Shown here: positions 36,813 to 49,726 of the stretch, piece after piece
Layout of the letters: each line of letters starts with the position of its first letter
Numbering within the stretch: position 1 is the stretch's first letter
Source of the DNA: Octopus bimaculoides
Taxonomy: Eukaryota
Assembly (NCBI RefSeq): GCF_001194135.2
Contig: NC_068981.1
Span: forward strand, 192,857,075-192,921,074
Direction: 5' to 3'
DNA: 64,000 nucleotides
The notes under the pieces: model-generated
What the model was told of the DNA's origin: nothing
The model's input: the letters and a program-made list of their open reading frames with translations, nothing else
Database searches by the model: none
Translations under genes and position numbers: made by a program

Positions 36813-39060
36813 TCCCTTTTTTTGACATCACCCCTACATATTCTGCCCAATGCCTCACTTTGCATTGCTCAAAGGATTTTTCAAACATTTATATCATTTA
36901 CTCTTTAGCAACATTTAAAATGAAACCTAGGTTGATCATGCATATTATTTTAATTGCTGAATTATTTGGTCCTCCCAAGAACTATCCAGAAGTACCTCTT
37001 GGATATTTTTACAGTCCTTGTCAGGGTTATTTCTTTGTATTTATTCTTTGATGCAAAATAGTTTTTTTTTCTCTCTCTTTTATACATTGAGTGAATGTCT
37101 ATGTCTCGTAGGGCTTTAAAAGCTATTGTGATGGATATCCTCTTCTGTATTACAGTAATATTAGTGACAGATGGCTGTCATTTGACTAGAAAGATTCACT
37201 TGTTCAATCAGCTGAATTACTTTCCCATTAAATTGCTATGTAACTGGTTGAGTATTCCACAGACATGTGTAGTCTTCAGAGAATATGACAAGGGTATACC
37301 TTTTGAATTAAAGATACAATCCATCTGACAGGCTTCTATACAGTTTTCATTAACAAGTTATGAGTTGACCTGAATCTATAGAGAATGACATTTTCCCAAA
37401 ACAGCATGCCTTGGGATTGAACCAGAGACCTCGTGGAAGTGAAGCAAACGTTTTAACCTACACTATCACATTGCTATATATGTATATATAAATATGGCCT
37501 TCCTCCTGCACAGTGGGGTGGCATCAGTCAAATGCTACAACAATGCAAGGAAGTGTATTGTGACCATCGATGTACAGTAATACATCACTGTACATCGATA
37601 GCCTGGTCAATAGTGACAGTGATATATATATACGTGTGTGTGTGTGTGTGTGTGTACACATTCTTATATATATATATATATATATATAATATAAAAATAT
37701 ATTATGTATAGTATATTTGTATATACTCCGTCTAGAATAACGAACCAGTACTGTAATATCTTGGGTTTCAAGGGTCCACAACTGCTCAACATTCTTCCAA
37801 ACAACCTCAGAAATTTGTGAGGTGTAAATGTGGAGGTCTTCAAAGAGTGTCAGGACAGATTTCCATCTAAGGTACCAGATAAACCCACATCGTGGCAAGA
37901 AACAACACAGAGAGGAGCATCTCCGTCTAACTCACCACTTCACCAAAAACACTACAGAAAAGAAATCCAAACATACTGAAAGATGGTGCTCTAGCATGGC
38001 CTCAGCCTCTGGCAGAAACCAGTAAAAGATAAAAGATAAATATATATATATGTCTTTGTTTGTGTGTGTGTGTGTGTGTGTGTGTAGGTATACATATACA
38101 AATATAAAATCTTGATCAACCATGTAGTACCAAACTTTCATATTAAAATAAAATTATCTTAATTAAGAATCAAGCATTTTTGTAGAGTGTAAATAATTCA
38201 TTAAAATTAATTGATCAATATTGATATAAACCAATAAATTTTACAAGTAAATTCAAGGACAATAATATTAATTTACTGCAGTGTACAATGAAAGAAATAT
38301 ATAATGTGTTGTTGTACATAAATACTTACCATAAATGCCATCCATACATATATATATGCCTTACACACACACACTCACACAGACACATACATACACATAC
38401 ATACACACATCCATGCCCACACCCACTCATACACTCACACACTCACCCTCCACACTCCACACACACAANNNNNNNNNNNNNNNNNNNNNNNNNNNNNNNN
38501 NNNNNNNNNNNNNNNNNNNNNNNNNNNNNNNNNNNNNNNNNNNNNNNNNNNNNNNNNNNNNNNNNNNNNNNNNNNNNNNNNNNNNNNNNNNNNNNNNNNN
38601 NNNNNNNNNNNNNCCCACACCCACTCATACACTCACACACTCACCCTCCACACTCCACACACACAAAATGTATCATCATCATAATCATTATTTGATTCTC
38701 CGTTTGAAGAATTTCCAATGGGAGATATCTTAAACATTTCTTCTACAGGTACGATTTTGTAACTTCTATCAGCAAATGAAACACATGTAATGGTGAATTA
38801 ATAACGCCAGAAAATTTTCCAGTCTCCTGCTTTGATACATTCATATTTGCATATATGTGGCTGTGTAGTTAAGAAGTTTGCTTTCCAACCATATGGCCTC
38901 AAGTTCATTCCCACTGCATGGAACTTGGGACAAATGTTTTTTGTGATAGTCGTAGGCAGACAGATCGTTCAAACAGTGGAAGATATTTTATGAGGGGAGG
39001 AAGAAATAAATCGTAACAGTTTGTACATTTCTTTGGAGAGAGAGAAAGAGAGAGAGAGAA

Positions 39061-39131
<71 letters not shown>

Positions 39132-39659
39132 AGGTCTTAGCAAGTTGGAAAATTGCAGATGAGAAAATGAAAAGAAAAAGAGAGAGAAAGAGAAGCCTAC
39201 TATGGAAGGAAATGGGAGTAATGTTAGTGGCGGTGGGGAGGATGGTGTAGGAGGTGGTGTAGTGTGCTGGTGTCAAGATGTGGGTGGAGGGGTTGTCAGT
39301 GGAATTGTTAGGGCCAGGCAGGAAGGGTAGGGAATTTGAGAAAAAGGGTGGACAAAGAGAGGAGGTAGGGGACAATAGGGGTGTATAAATGATAACCTGG
39401 TTGCATGTGGCTAATGGGATGAGGAGAGACAGGAAATGAGGTGGCAGGTGTAAGAGATAATAGTGTTTAAAGAATTGGAGGAGAGTGAGGAAATGAAATT
39501 AGGAGGAGTGGCCAGAAATAGAATGATGAGAGGTAAGCAGGGGGGGGGAGGAGGATAAAGAGTTGAAAATAGAAAAAGTGAACAGGTGCACTCGCTACAG
39601 AACTGAAAGTACATCCACACACACACTTATACATGTCTCTCTCTCCCTGCATGTATATA

Positions 39660-40385
39660 TAAGGTGTGGCTGTGTGCTAAGTAGCTTACTTCCCAACCAC
39701 ATGGTTCCAGGTTCAGTCCCATTGCATGGTACCTTGGGCAAGTGTCTTCTACTATACCACAGGTTAACCAAAACCTTGTGAGTGGATTTGTAGATGGAAA
39801 CTGAAAGAAACCTTTTTGCTATGGAATGGGGAAACTACTTTTTCATTTTCTGAAAAAGCAATGTTTAACGATGATGATGATGATGATGATATATCATTAC
39901 TATTATGCAAAAGTGTTGTAAGTCCAAAACATTGCTTTTTCAGAAAATGAAAAAGTAGTTTCACCATTCCATAGCAAAACTGTTGTACTACACTTTGGCA
40001 ATTTTTGATATCTTGGCAGGCATCTGAAGCATCTGGAGATATGATAGTTTGACCAAAAGAACTGGCTGTTGCAAGCAAAAATAAATATCGCAAAAAAAAA
40101 ATGCATTTAGCCAAATTTAGACATACAACAGTTTAACCTAATAGCAATGATATATGTGTGTGCATGTCTTTGTGTCTGTGTTTGTCCCCCACTGTGACTT
40201 GACAACCGGTGTTGGTGTGTTTACATCATTACAACTTAGCGGTTCAACAAAAGAGACTGATAGAATAAGTACCAGGCTTAAAAACAAATAAGTCCTGGGG
40301 TTGATTCCTTCAACTAAAAATGCGTCAAGGCAGTGCTCCAGCATGGCCGCAGTCTAATGACTGAAACGAATAAAAGATACAAGAT
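39660..40385 (+). mobile_element. SINE family A split by an insertion of about 335 bp (39813-40146)
   Basis: Head stops at ctgaaagaaacc and the consensus resumes at tatatgtgtgtgcatgtctttgtg. Confidence 0.75.
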
Positions 40386-40712
40386 ACAATATATATATAT
40401 ATATATAACTTAAACAAAATGATCTAAGGGAAGTAACTCAAAGTGCCCAGTGGCATGTTTTTCAACAATACAAATACAGGTGTATCAAATACTGTAAAAC
40501 ATAAATTCTTCATTTATTACAGCTATCTCTGCCTCCAGAAGATGTATCCTAATTACCAAATGACAATTAAGACTAGCTTTGCTTGAGCACGGAAGATAAT
40601 CTCAAGATTAAAGATATTCTCTCCAAAGTTGACACACCACTCCTTTATGCCTCTTCTTTCATTTTCTCATTAATAGTTTTAGTGAAAGGACCAAACTTCA
40701 GCCCTTATTTAA

Positions 40713-40917
40713 CCCTTTCACTACTGTATTTCTGTTGAGATGCTCTCTGTTTCTTTCAATTGATTTTAAATATAACAAAGAATTTAGTAAAATAACTTAT
40801 CATTCAACTAGTATTTGTGACTAAGGTTTGGTGGAAGATTTTGATTGAGAACTTTTGAAAACAAGACATTTGTACTCAGAGCCAGAGGTGGTTTCAGCCG
40901 GGTTGGTAACGAAAGGG
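40713..40917. mobile_element. piggyBac-like MITE
   Basis: TTAA on both sides (40709-40712, 40918-40921); TIRs ccctttcactac / gtaacgaaaggg. Confidence 0.75.
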
Positions 40918-41349
40918 TTAAAGAAAGAGAAAGAGGGAGAGTGTATATGTAAATATAACTGAAGGTGAGAGAAGAGGAGAGAAGGGGAAAGAGAGGTGAT
41001 GAGAGAGAGAGAGAGAGAGAGGGAGGGAGAGAAAGAGAGGGAGATAGAAAGAGAGGGAGATAGAAATAGAGAGAGAGAGAGGATATAAAGATTTTTCCCT
41101 CTCACTGAAGCAGGACAAATGTCCAAAACATTAAGTTTCTCTTCTTCCTCGTGTCATAAAACATTTTCTTCCATCTCAACTATTTGTATTATTTGTAGAA
41201 CATTATAACTTGACTGTAATACAAACTAATGTTGTTGGTATTGTTGTTTAACCCTAGGCAAGCCTTGATCAAGTAGACCTATTATCTTGACTGGTAGACT
41301 TAATCCTTTGCCCTGTCTCTCAGGTATCTTTAGAACAACAGAACAATAT

Positions 41350-41550
41350 TCTTATTTCTTTATTGCCCACAAGGGGCTACACACAGAGAGGACAAACAAG
41401 GACAGACAAACGGATTAAGTCAATTATATCGACCCCAGTGCGTAACTAGTACTTATTTAATCAACCCCAAAAGGATGAAAGGCAAAGTTGACCTTGGTGG
41501 AATTTGAACTCAGAACATAGCGGCAGACGAAATACCGCTAAGCACTTAGG
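41350..41550 (-). mobile_element. SINE family C
   Basis: Consensus match; further copies at about 19545, 27108, 42350, 48198, 48455. Confidence 0.85.
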
Positions 41551-41984
41551 ATGTTAGGGTGTGGTTTGTGGGAGCTGTGGCTGCTACCACAAGTAAATTG
41601 AAAATCTTCATTTACTCAAGGGACATATTATAAAATCTAAAGGGGGACGATTACCAAATTCTATTCATTTGTGTTTTCAATGATTTAACAAATGGGTTTT
41701 GATCATTTGAGAATTTAATCTTTGCTGATCACATATTAAAGACAACAACAACAACTGCATGTACAGTGATGATGATGGTGGTGGTGGTGGTAGTGATGGT
41801 GAATGATAATGATGATGAAGACAATTATGATGATGATAATGATGACAATTGTGATGATGATGATGATTATGATAATGATGATGATAATAATAATGATGAT
41901 GAAATGGTGATATTGGCAGTGAAATCCTATAAAATCTTATGATACAAGAATGTCTCCACAATGTATAGCAATAGTAAATAAATC

Positions 41985-42245
41985 ACATACAGACAATGAG
42001 GTTGGTAGAATTGGTAGAACAGTGAACAAATTGGTAGCGGTTTGGTAGAGCAATGAACAAACTGGTAGTGGGTTGGTAGAGCAGTGAACAAATTGGTAGT
42101 GGGTTGGTAGAGCAGTGAACACAATGGGGTTGGTAGAATTGGTAGTGAACAAAATGCTGGTGTGCAGTTTGAATTGGTAGAACAGCGAACACAATGGTAA
42201 TGGGTTGGTAAAGCAGTGAACAAAATGATGATGAATTGGTAGAAC
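41985..42245. repeat. Degenerate minisatellite, unit about 31 bp
   Basis: ttggtagagcagtgaacaaattggtagtggg. Confidence 0.85.
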
Positions 42246-42530
42246 TTATAGAGTAGCGAATGAAACAGATTCCTTTAGGTTCTGAGTTTGAATCCTGCTT
42301 AAGTTAGATTTCTCTTTCCAGGGTTGATAAAATAAAGTACCAATTAAATAGTGGTTTCAAATTTTGGCACAAGGCCAGCAATTTTAGGGGAGAGGTAAGT
42401 CAATTACATCCACCCCAGTGTTCCACTGGTACCTATTTTATAGATCCTGAAAGGATGGAAAGCAAAGTCGACCCTAGCAGCATTTGAACTCAGAACACAA
42501 AGATGGAAGAAATACTGCTAAGCATTTTTT

Positions 42531-42821
42531 CTAGTGCTGTAATGATTCTGCTAGCTTTGCCATCCAATTAAATATTAGAGTCAAAAATATTTCATTATAC
42601 CCTTCCACTGAAACATACTCTTGTATCATACACACTTGAAACAACAGAAGACCAAAACAACACTGACTGTATACATTGTTTGTGACATGTTTATGTATAA
42701 CAAAGCTTGCTGTAGGATTTAGTCTTGGGGAACAACTTCTCTTTAAAGATTTTGCATTTCCTGCATTAACTTCAGTTTGGAAGGCTTTACGTACATCAGC
42801 AAGTGTTCTATTCAATGATTT
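42531..42821 (-). CDS. Candidate exon: KSLNRTLADVRKAFQTEVNAGNAKSLKRSCSPRLNPT... (3' end unknown)
   Basis: ttctgcttctatatag acceptor; only the phase-0 frame is open (97 codons). Confidence 0.3.
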   Translation of the reverse strand, partial: KSLNRTLADVRKAFQTEVNAGNAKSLKRSCSPRLNPTASFVIHKHVTNNVYSQCCFGLLLFQVCMIQEYVSVEGYNEIFLTLIFNWMAKLAESLQH

Positions 42822-43199
42822 CTATATAGAAGCAGAAATTTCTACCTAGCTCCAAATGACTGAGATGGTGTCTGTTGCCGAGGAGGGAAAATTATACCAA
42901 GGGTGACAGTTTACTGATGTCATCTGGAGCATATACTTTGAACACATAAAGTCTCTAAGAAGTTGTTCTCTGAGACTAGATTCAAGATTGAGAGCTGTTC
43001 CATGTATAAGTGTGGCTATAAATGTATTACAAATGATGTAGAGATCGTCATACAGTATTATATTACAAAAAGAAGGTTCTTTCCTTAAATAGTTGTTTCT
43101 AGATATGTGTGTCTGAGAATTTTATGAGTGTTACCTTTCCCACATGCTCTTTTATTGTCATACACATAGTGGTACGTTTGTTACATACTCGCATTTTTA

Positions 43200-43660
43200 A
43201 TGTTTGCCATATGTGTCATATCTAAAAGGTTTGCCAGTCTCCCAACTATATGCCCCATCCACAAACAAACTCCACACTTCAAATATTTAATAAACCCCAA
43301 ACAAAAGTCACACTCTTAATATTTGTCAAAAGCCAAACATGTCAATCCCTAAATGTTTGCTAGACCATGCCAAACATATATGCCACACCCAAATGTTTAC
43401 CAGACACCCAAGCAATACCACACCCCAAATATTTGCCAAACCCCTTCACACATGCACCATACCCTAAATATTTACCAGACTACACAAACGCTTATCAAAT
43501 GACCCAAGCCTATACTAATGTTAATAATATCTACAGAAAATTCACACATATGCGACATTCAAATGTTGCTGGGTATCTAGGTAATGCCAAAGAACCTACA
43601 CATATGCCCATCAGAAATATTTACCAGATCACCCAAATATGCTATATTTTAAATTTTTGA
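43200..43660. repeat. Highly degenerate minisatellite (ccaaatatttgccaaacc-like)
   Basis: Recurrent aaatatttrccaga/aaa units. Confidence 0.6.
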
Positions 43661-44418
43661 CAGAATCCACCTGTTGTCAAAGCAAGATGTTTATAAATTA
43701 TAAAGAAAAAAAATATATATTAAGGTTTATTTTAAATTTATTTTGCCAAAATTTCATCTCCACATTATCAGATAATTAAACTTTAAAGTTCTTTATTATA
43801 AATATTTCAATAATGACAATAAATTAATTATTCAGATAATCAAATACTAAAATATTTCATTAATTTTTGTTTAAAAAAACATATAAAAGGCAAAACAGAA
43901 CATTGATGGTGACAGGCCAATGAAAATACATTCTGTAATAAATAGTGGTACTACTGTTTGTCTTTGCTTGAAAGGGCCTTAGAAAAACAGCATTTTGTTC
44001 ATTTGCCTGTGACATTAAGAGGCAAGCCAATACCAAATGATCTCCTCCTTCATTGGAGAGGACAATTAGTAGTTTTATTCTATTTATTTTTTTTCCTGAA
44101 ACTTCGATTCTTTCAGGGTAAGATTGTTGTGTGGTGTTTAGCAGGTTATTCTAGACCCATTTACAAGAAAATATAAAAAAAAACCTAAAACTTCTCCATA
44201 TTAAGGAGTATATTTCACTATCTCTTTAATATTTTGAGACAGAGGGTGAGCCAGATGTGCCAATGTTTGAGATAGCAATTTTATGGCTGCTGCTATAAGG
44301 TCACTAAATATTTACTTTAGCAGAAAGGTCAACCACAATGTGAATCTGCTCAAAGAACTGGCTTCGTAATTAATCACAGGTCTTAAATATTTCCTTATTG
44401 AACATATACAGAAACCAT

Positions 44419-44487
44419 TCAGATATTTCCAATAGCTGCTGCAACATATTCATTGAGAACTTCAAGCACCAAGTTCATGGAATTCAG
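44419..44487 (-). CDS. Candidate terminal exon: LNSMNLVLEVLNEYVAAAIGNI*
   Basis: ttttcttaattcag acceptor; helix-like 22-aa frame to TGA. Confidence 0.3.
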   Translation of the reverse strand: MNSMNLVLEVLNEYVAAAIGNI

Positions 44488-46306
44488 CTGAATTAAGAAA
44501 AATTGGTTCTTTAATCAGCTTGAATTTCTGCACATTAAATAAGGAAATATGTTAAATCCAATTTGTAAATAGGCATAGAATTGAATATATTAACAATCTT
44601 ATCTAATGATCTAGTTGATCGATCATATCAAAGTTAATCGAACAAATAAACAAAAATTAAGAAAAATACAAAAACATTAATATTTACATTGTAATTTAAA
44701 TCTAAATAAGAGGAACATTGCTGAGAAAATAATTATTTAAAAATTGTGTCACCTGGACACAATGGTAAAATCATTTTGGATTGGATTTGAAGAATGTTCA
44801 GAATTCAGCAAGTAAAAATGTTTGTTGACATTTGGACATTATGAGACAAAACAAGAATTTTTATTGAGTCATTCCAGTGAAAAATATTGAAAGATCAATA
44901 ATATGCCCCTACACTTAGGCAGTTGTAAATTATCATTCAAGACACCATCTTTAGAGAAACATGAAATTTGTCAAAGAAATGTTGATGTGTCTTAAAGTTT
45001 TCATAAGGCTTTCAAATAATGCCCAAATATGTTATCCAGATGTGTTAGCCTGATGGTTTCTTTCTTCAGTTTTCAAAGCAGTTTAGTTTATTTGTACATG
45101 AAACATAGATGTTCCTATTAGAAAGACTAATGTGCACAGGGAGGCTGGAGGTTATTACAAATGTGTGGTGGGGGAACATGTATTTTAAGTAAACTTTTAT
45201 AATAATTTGTTAAAGGCCCCTGACTAATGAAGAAGGGGAAACATAGATGTGCCAAAATCTCACACAGAACAGATCCAGTTTTGGTTTTTCTTGTTTTTAA
45301 TGATAGGAGGGCAAAAGATGAAAGCATGATTTGTTTTTTAATTAGAGAAAAACCAAGGATCAAAAAAAAAAAAAACTAATGTTTTTCCCATTTTTTTTTT
45401 GATTGTTGTAATCAGTTTATTATTATTATTATTATTGTTGCCGAGAAAAATAAAATGAAATCAAGAGAACAAAAGGCACACACAAAACAACATTATTAAA
45501 AGGTGAGAAAGAAAAAGACAAAAAAAGGTTTTCGAAATTAAACAGACGAGGTCATTGAGAAATATTGGCTGAGAGAAAGCTGAATCAGCTAAGTAGAAGT
45601 CTGTGAAGAGACAGAGGAAAATGGTGCTTGAAGCAAGTTGAAAGGTAGAATTNNNNNNNNNNNNNNNNNNNNNNNNNNNNNATTAAAAAAATTATTTCCT
45701 GTTTATTAATCATTTGAAGATTTGTTATAGAGTGTTCTTCATTCTAAGAAATATTTTGGCAGAATAAATGTTTTTTGTTTTATTTTTGTCAGCAGAGATC
45801 TGAGACAGTTACATTTTACTTATTTCTGGATGCTTTTAGAAGCAATTCTCTAAATGAAATTATTTCTTATCCAAAATTGGGCAGCTTGAAAATAATTTTA
45901 AAGTTTGTTTCTTTTTGATGACAATCTTCTAAGAGTGGATCTCATTGAATTACAAAAAAAAAAAAAAAAATGGGAGAAAAAGAAGGAGACAAGAATTTCA
46001 AGAAATTTCAGAGTTCTCTACAGATTGATCATTTTAGCAAGAACTCCAAAAATGGAAGGAGCAAATGTTGTAAAGTTAACTTCAGAAATATTTATCAGTA
46101 GATGAAATCCCAAGAGCTTGCATTGGTAAAGATTGGTGCCAGTCTTGGAATGTCAAACAGCCTAGAGAAGAGGATAAAAGTGAAACAAATTTTCACCTGT
46201 TCCTTTCTCTCTAATAGCAGTTTACTGTGGAAATTCCTCAGTGGCCAAATGTTGAGAAATAAATAGCACTAGATGGAGGTCTAAGAAATTGTTGAGTTCA
46301 TATCGC

Positions 46307-46381
46307 CTACCACATATCTGGATCATAAGGGTCTTTTCTCTGATAATTGGCAAACGTTGGATATTGTTCTGTTGGCGTGAC
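46307..46381 (-). CDS. Candidate terminal exon: VTPTEQYPTFANYQRKDPYDPDMW*
   Basis: cttgtttttccacctcaag acceptor; followed by a long repeat-free stretch resembling a 3'UTR; frame not proven. Confidence 0.45.
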   Translation of the reverse strand, partial: VTPTEQYPTFANYQRKDPYDPDMW

Positions 46382-47028
46382 CTTGAGGTGGAAAAACAAG
46401 AATATTTATCATAACATCAGCTTTAATTAGATGAATTTGATAGAATTAAATCGACAAGAATAGTTAAGAAAAAGAAGTGAAAATACAATGATGATGATGA
46501 GAATAATATGGAGGAGGAAGATGATGATAATTATAATAATAATAATAATAACAATGATAATAATTATTATTATAATAATATTAATAATAATAATAATGAT
46601 AATAATTTTGTTTTTAGATACAGTTTGTTTCATTCTTAAAAGAAACATTTTGATTAATTTTGCGAAACAAAAGACAATTACAACAGTGTGAAAGTGAGAA
46701 ATGGATGTAATTTGTGGTCGAGCAGAAAAAAAAAATTTACTGAGTTAAATTTAACATGAGAGAAATGAAAAACAGCAAAGATTAAAAACAAATAAAAAAC
46801 CATAATAGATTAAGAGAAAAACCATAAAGCAAACCAAAATAAAATGTTAGATTGTTTCTCAAAAAAAAAAAGAAAAATTCTACTTCTGTGACTTATAATT
46901 TTCTTTTCAATGAAAATTATTAGTTTGTTGTATGGAATGATGCAGATCATCTCAGTGCTAAACACTGATGTATTTATCTATCAGAATACATTGAATCATA
47001 TTCTAGTTTATATGTACCAGATGTTTAC

Positions 47029-47076
47029 CAGATGTCCACCAGATGCTGCCATGAGACAGATGTCTGCAGAAGATAA
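47029..47076 (-). CDS. Candidate 48-nt exon: LSSADICLMAASGGHL
   Basis: tttatctctctag acceptor, CTG|gtaaac donor, phase 0/0, joins in frame to 46381; overlaps an 11-bp triplicate. Confidence 0.3.
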
Positions 47077-47912
47077 CTAGAGAGATAAATAAATGTGGTT
47101 TTGTTTTTGGTCATAATCTTAGCACAAGCAATCTTCTCCTCCTCATCTTTTCCTTCCCCTCCTCATCAGCAGCAGCCTTTACTTATTAATCAAAGTCAGC
47201 ATTACATTTGTCATTGTCATCATCATCTAATTGTCATTGTCATTATAGAACTCATTGTTGTCATTACCCTCATCAGAATCCTCTTTCTTTCTTTTCATGT
47301 TCATCCTCATCATCTTCTGTTGGAGTGCATGTCCCTCAACTTAGCTGTATTTGTACTTAGATATAATCAATTCAGACCTTTTGGACACCCTTTTTTTAGA
47401 TAGACTCTGAATGAAAATTCCCTCGTATAAAGACAATATAAGCTCCCTACCTCATCATCACCATCCCCTCTATCATCTTGAATTGCTTTAATAAGGTTAT
47501 TCTATGTCTGAAGATTAAATAAAAGCTGAAATACAATGCCAAAGACATCAGTTGTGATTGAAGACAAAACAGTAACTGTGGAAGTGATTCAAACATGTGT
47601 ATATAGAACTGTAGCAAATACTGGCTGTGGGGAAACAAAGCATTGATCACATGTTAATATCCCAGCATGCAATGTGGGAATAGTGAAAGTGAATAAATAA
47701 ATAAATAAAAAGAACCCAATGAATACATGCCCACGTGTGTATAATATTGTAAAGTAATATGTCTTCATGTTGCTTGAAGAGAGAAAATGATTAATTGAAA
47801 TAATCAACAGAAAAAGGCTTTACACAGGATATCTCTGCCATATTGACAACATCAGTAAAGATATTACATCAGAGTTATTCCTTTAAATATATCATTAGCT
47901 TATTTATATATG

Positions 47913-47962
<50 letters not shown>

Positions 47963-48056
47963 NNNNNNNNNNTATATATATATATGTGTGCATATATATA
48001 TAAAATGTATATATATACATATATATGTGTGAATATATATATATGAAATGTATATG

Positions 48057-48096
<40 letters not shown>

Positions 48097-48410
48097 GAGA
48101 AAGACAGAGAGTTGTCTATGAGTCAGAAGGAAAGGAGCCTTCATGTATTGAATAATAGAGTGGAGTATATAAATAGTTAATTAGTTAATTACAGTATTGG
48201 TTTCAAATTTTGACACAAGGCCAGCAATTTCAGGGGAGTCGCTAACTTGATTACATCAACCCCAGTGTGCAACTGGTACTCATTTTATTGACCCTAAAAG
48301 AATGAAAGGCAAAGCTGACCTCAGTGGAATTTAAAATCAGAATGTAAAGCTGGAAGAAATACCGCAAGGCATTTTGGTTGGAATGCTAACAATTCTACCA
48401 GCTCACTGCC

Positions 48411-48458
<48 letters not shown>

Positions 48459-49418
48459 TCTTTCTACTGGAGGCACAAGGCCTCAAATTTGGGGTAGGAG
48501 ACTAGTCGATTACATCGAACCCAGTGTTTCAGTGGTACTTAATTTATCAACTCTGGAAGGATGAAAGGTTAAAGTTGATTTTGGCAGAATCTGAACTCAG
48601 AATGTAGAGATGGACGAAATGTTGCTAAGCATTTTACTCAGCATGCTAACAATTCTGCCAGCTTGTTGCCTTAATGACTACAATAATTAAGTGATTAAGA
48701 GTCTTATAACAAGTAAATTTGATTCAAGCATGATTTGATCTCAGAATGTAAATCATCATAACTAAATATTGCATCTCCTTAGATTTTTTTATTTGTCACA
48801 TTACGAAATTCTTCTATCCACTGACAGATGCATAGATAGATAGATGTGTATGTATGTATGTATGTATGTATGTATGTATGTATGTATGTATGTATGTATG
48901 TATGTATGTATGTGTGTATGTATGTATGTATGTATGTGTGTGTAGTCAATTTAATTTGTTGAGCTCACCTAACTTCCACCAAAATATAACCTAATTTTGG
49001 AATCATTAACATTTTATTAATTGTTATATCATTTAATACACTTATTAAATGCAGTTACTAACATAGAATGTCAGCAATATTAAATGGATGATGTTGTACA
49101 CAGCTGATTAATTTGAAACTAATATTTCATGAGTAAATTTCTTCTATTCACCCAGGGAAGATGAGAGGCAAAACTGATCTTCGTAGGATCTGAATTCAGA
49201 ATTTATACACCACATAACTGTTTAGCCTTCTGCTGTCAAATATATACATATGTGTATGTGCATGTATATATATATATTTTCAGTAAATCATAAATCCGAA
49301 AAAGAAGCAGACTCTAAGTTATAGTGGAGTATAGAATAAAGATAGATAAAGTCTATGGGATTACCCTGGGTTTCATGTCCATGACCTCTTGCTACAGAGG
49401 CCATGTGCCAATAGGTTT

Positions 49419-49481
49419 TGGGATCTGATGATATGGTGTAAAACTAAGCACTTTATGGACATGAAACCAAGGGTAATCACA
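49419..49481 (+). ncRNA. Type I hammerhead motif, family H3, with irregular stem II
   Basis: TGGGAT-CTGATGA-...-GAAA-CC(AAG)GGT-A-ATCACA; the inverted copy at 49351-49382 has ATCCCA, which pairs fully with TGGGAT. Confidence 0.55.
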
Positions 49482-49680
49482 TAGACCAGCCTTACCTATA
49501 TTTATTTATATATATATGTTCAAAATGCCTGAGAAAATGGTCTGTAGTTCAAGTAATGTAATATAATACTGAACAAATAAATAGCAATGCTATGGAAATG
49601 AGCATATCATAATTTGAACATTTCCTCTATTCATAATCTTTTATTTCTAATATATATTAAAAAAGTAAATTATTTTGTAT

Positions 49681-49726
49681 TTAGCATGAGGGAAAGGGAG
49701 GGAAGGCGAGATATCCCTTATAATGC
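49681..49726 (-). CDS. Candidate terminal exon: (W)HYKGYLAFPPFPSC* in phase 2, or GIIRDISPSLPFPH... in phase 1
   Basis: ttttaatttttcag acceptor; GC-richer island in AT-rich DNA. Confidence 0.35.

Noticed and set aside
38416-38668. Identical stretch of about 53 bp on both sides of an N gap
   Set aside because: Collapsed repeat or overlap artefact; cannot be interpreted
39965-40065. Minus-strand secreted-peptide-like exon (SSFGQTIISPDASDACQDIKNCQSVVQQFCYGM) with AG/GT ends
   Set aside because: Lies inside an insertion within a SINE and overlaps an inverted duplication; no phase-compatible signal-peptide exon found
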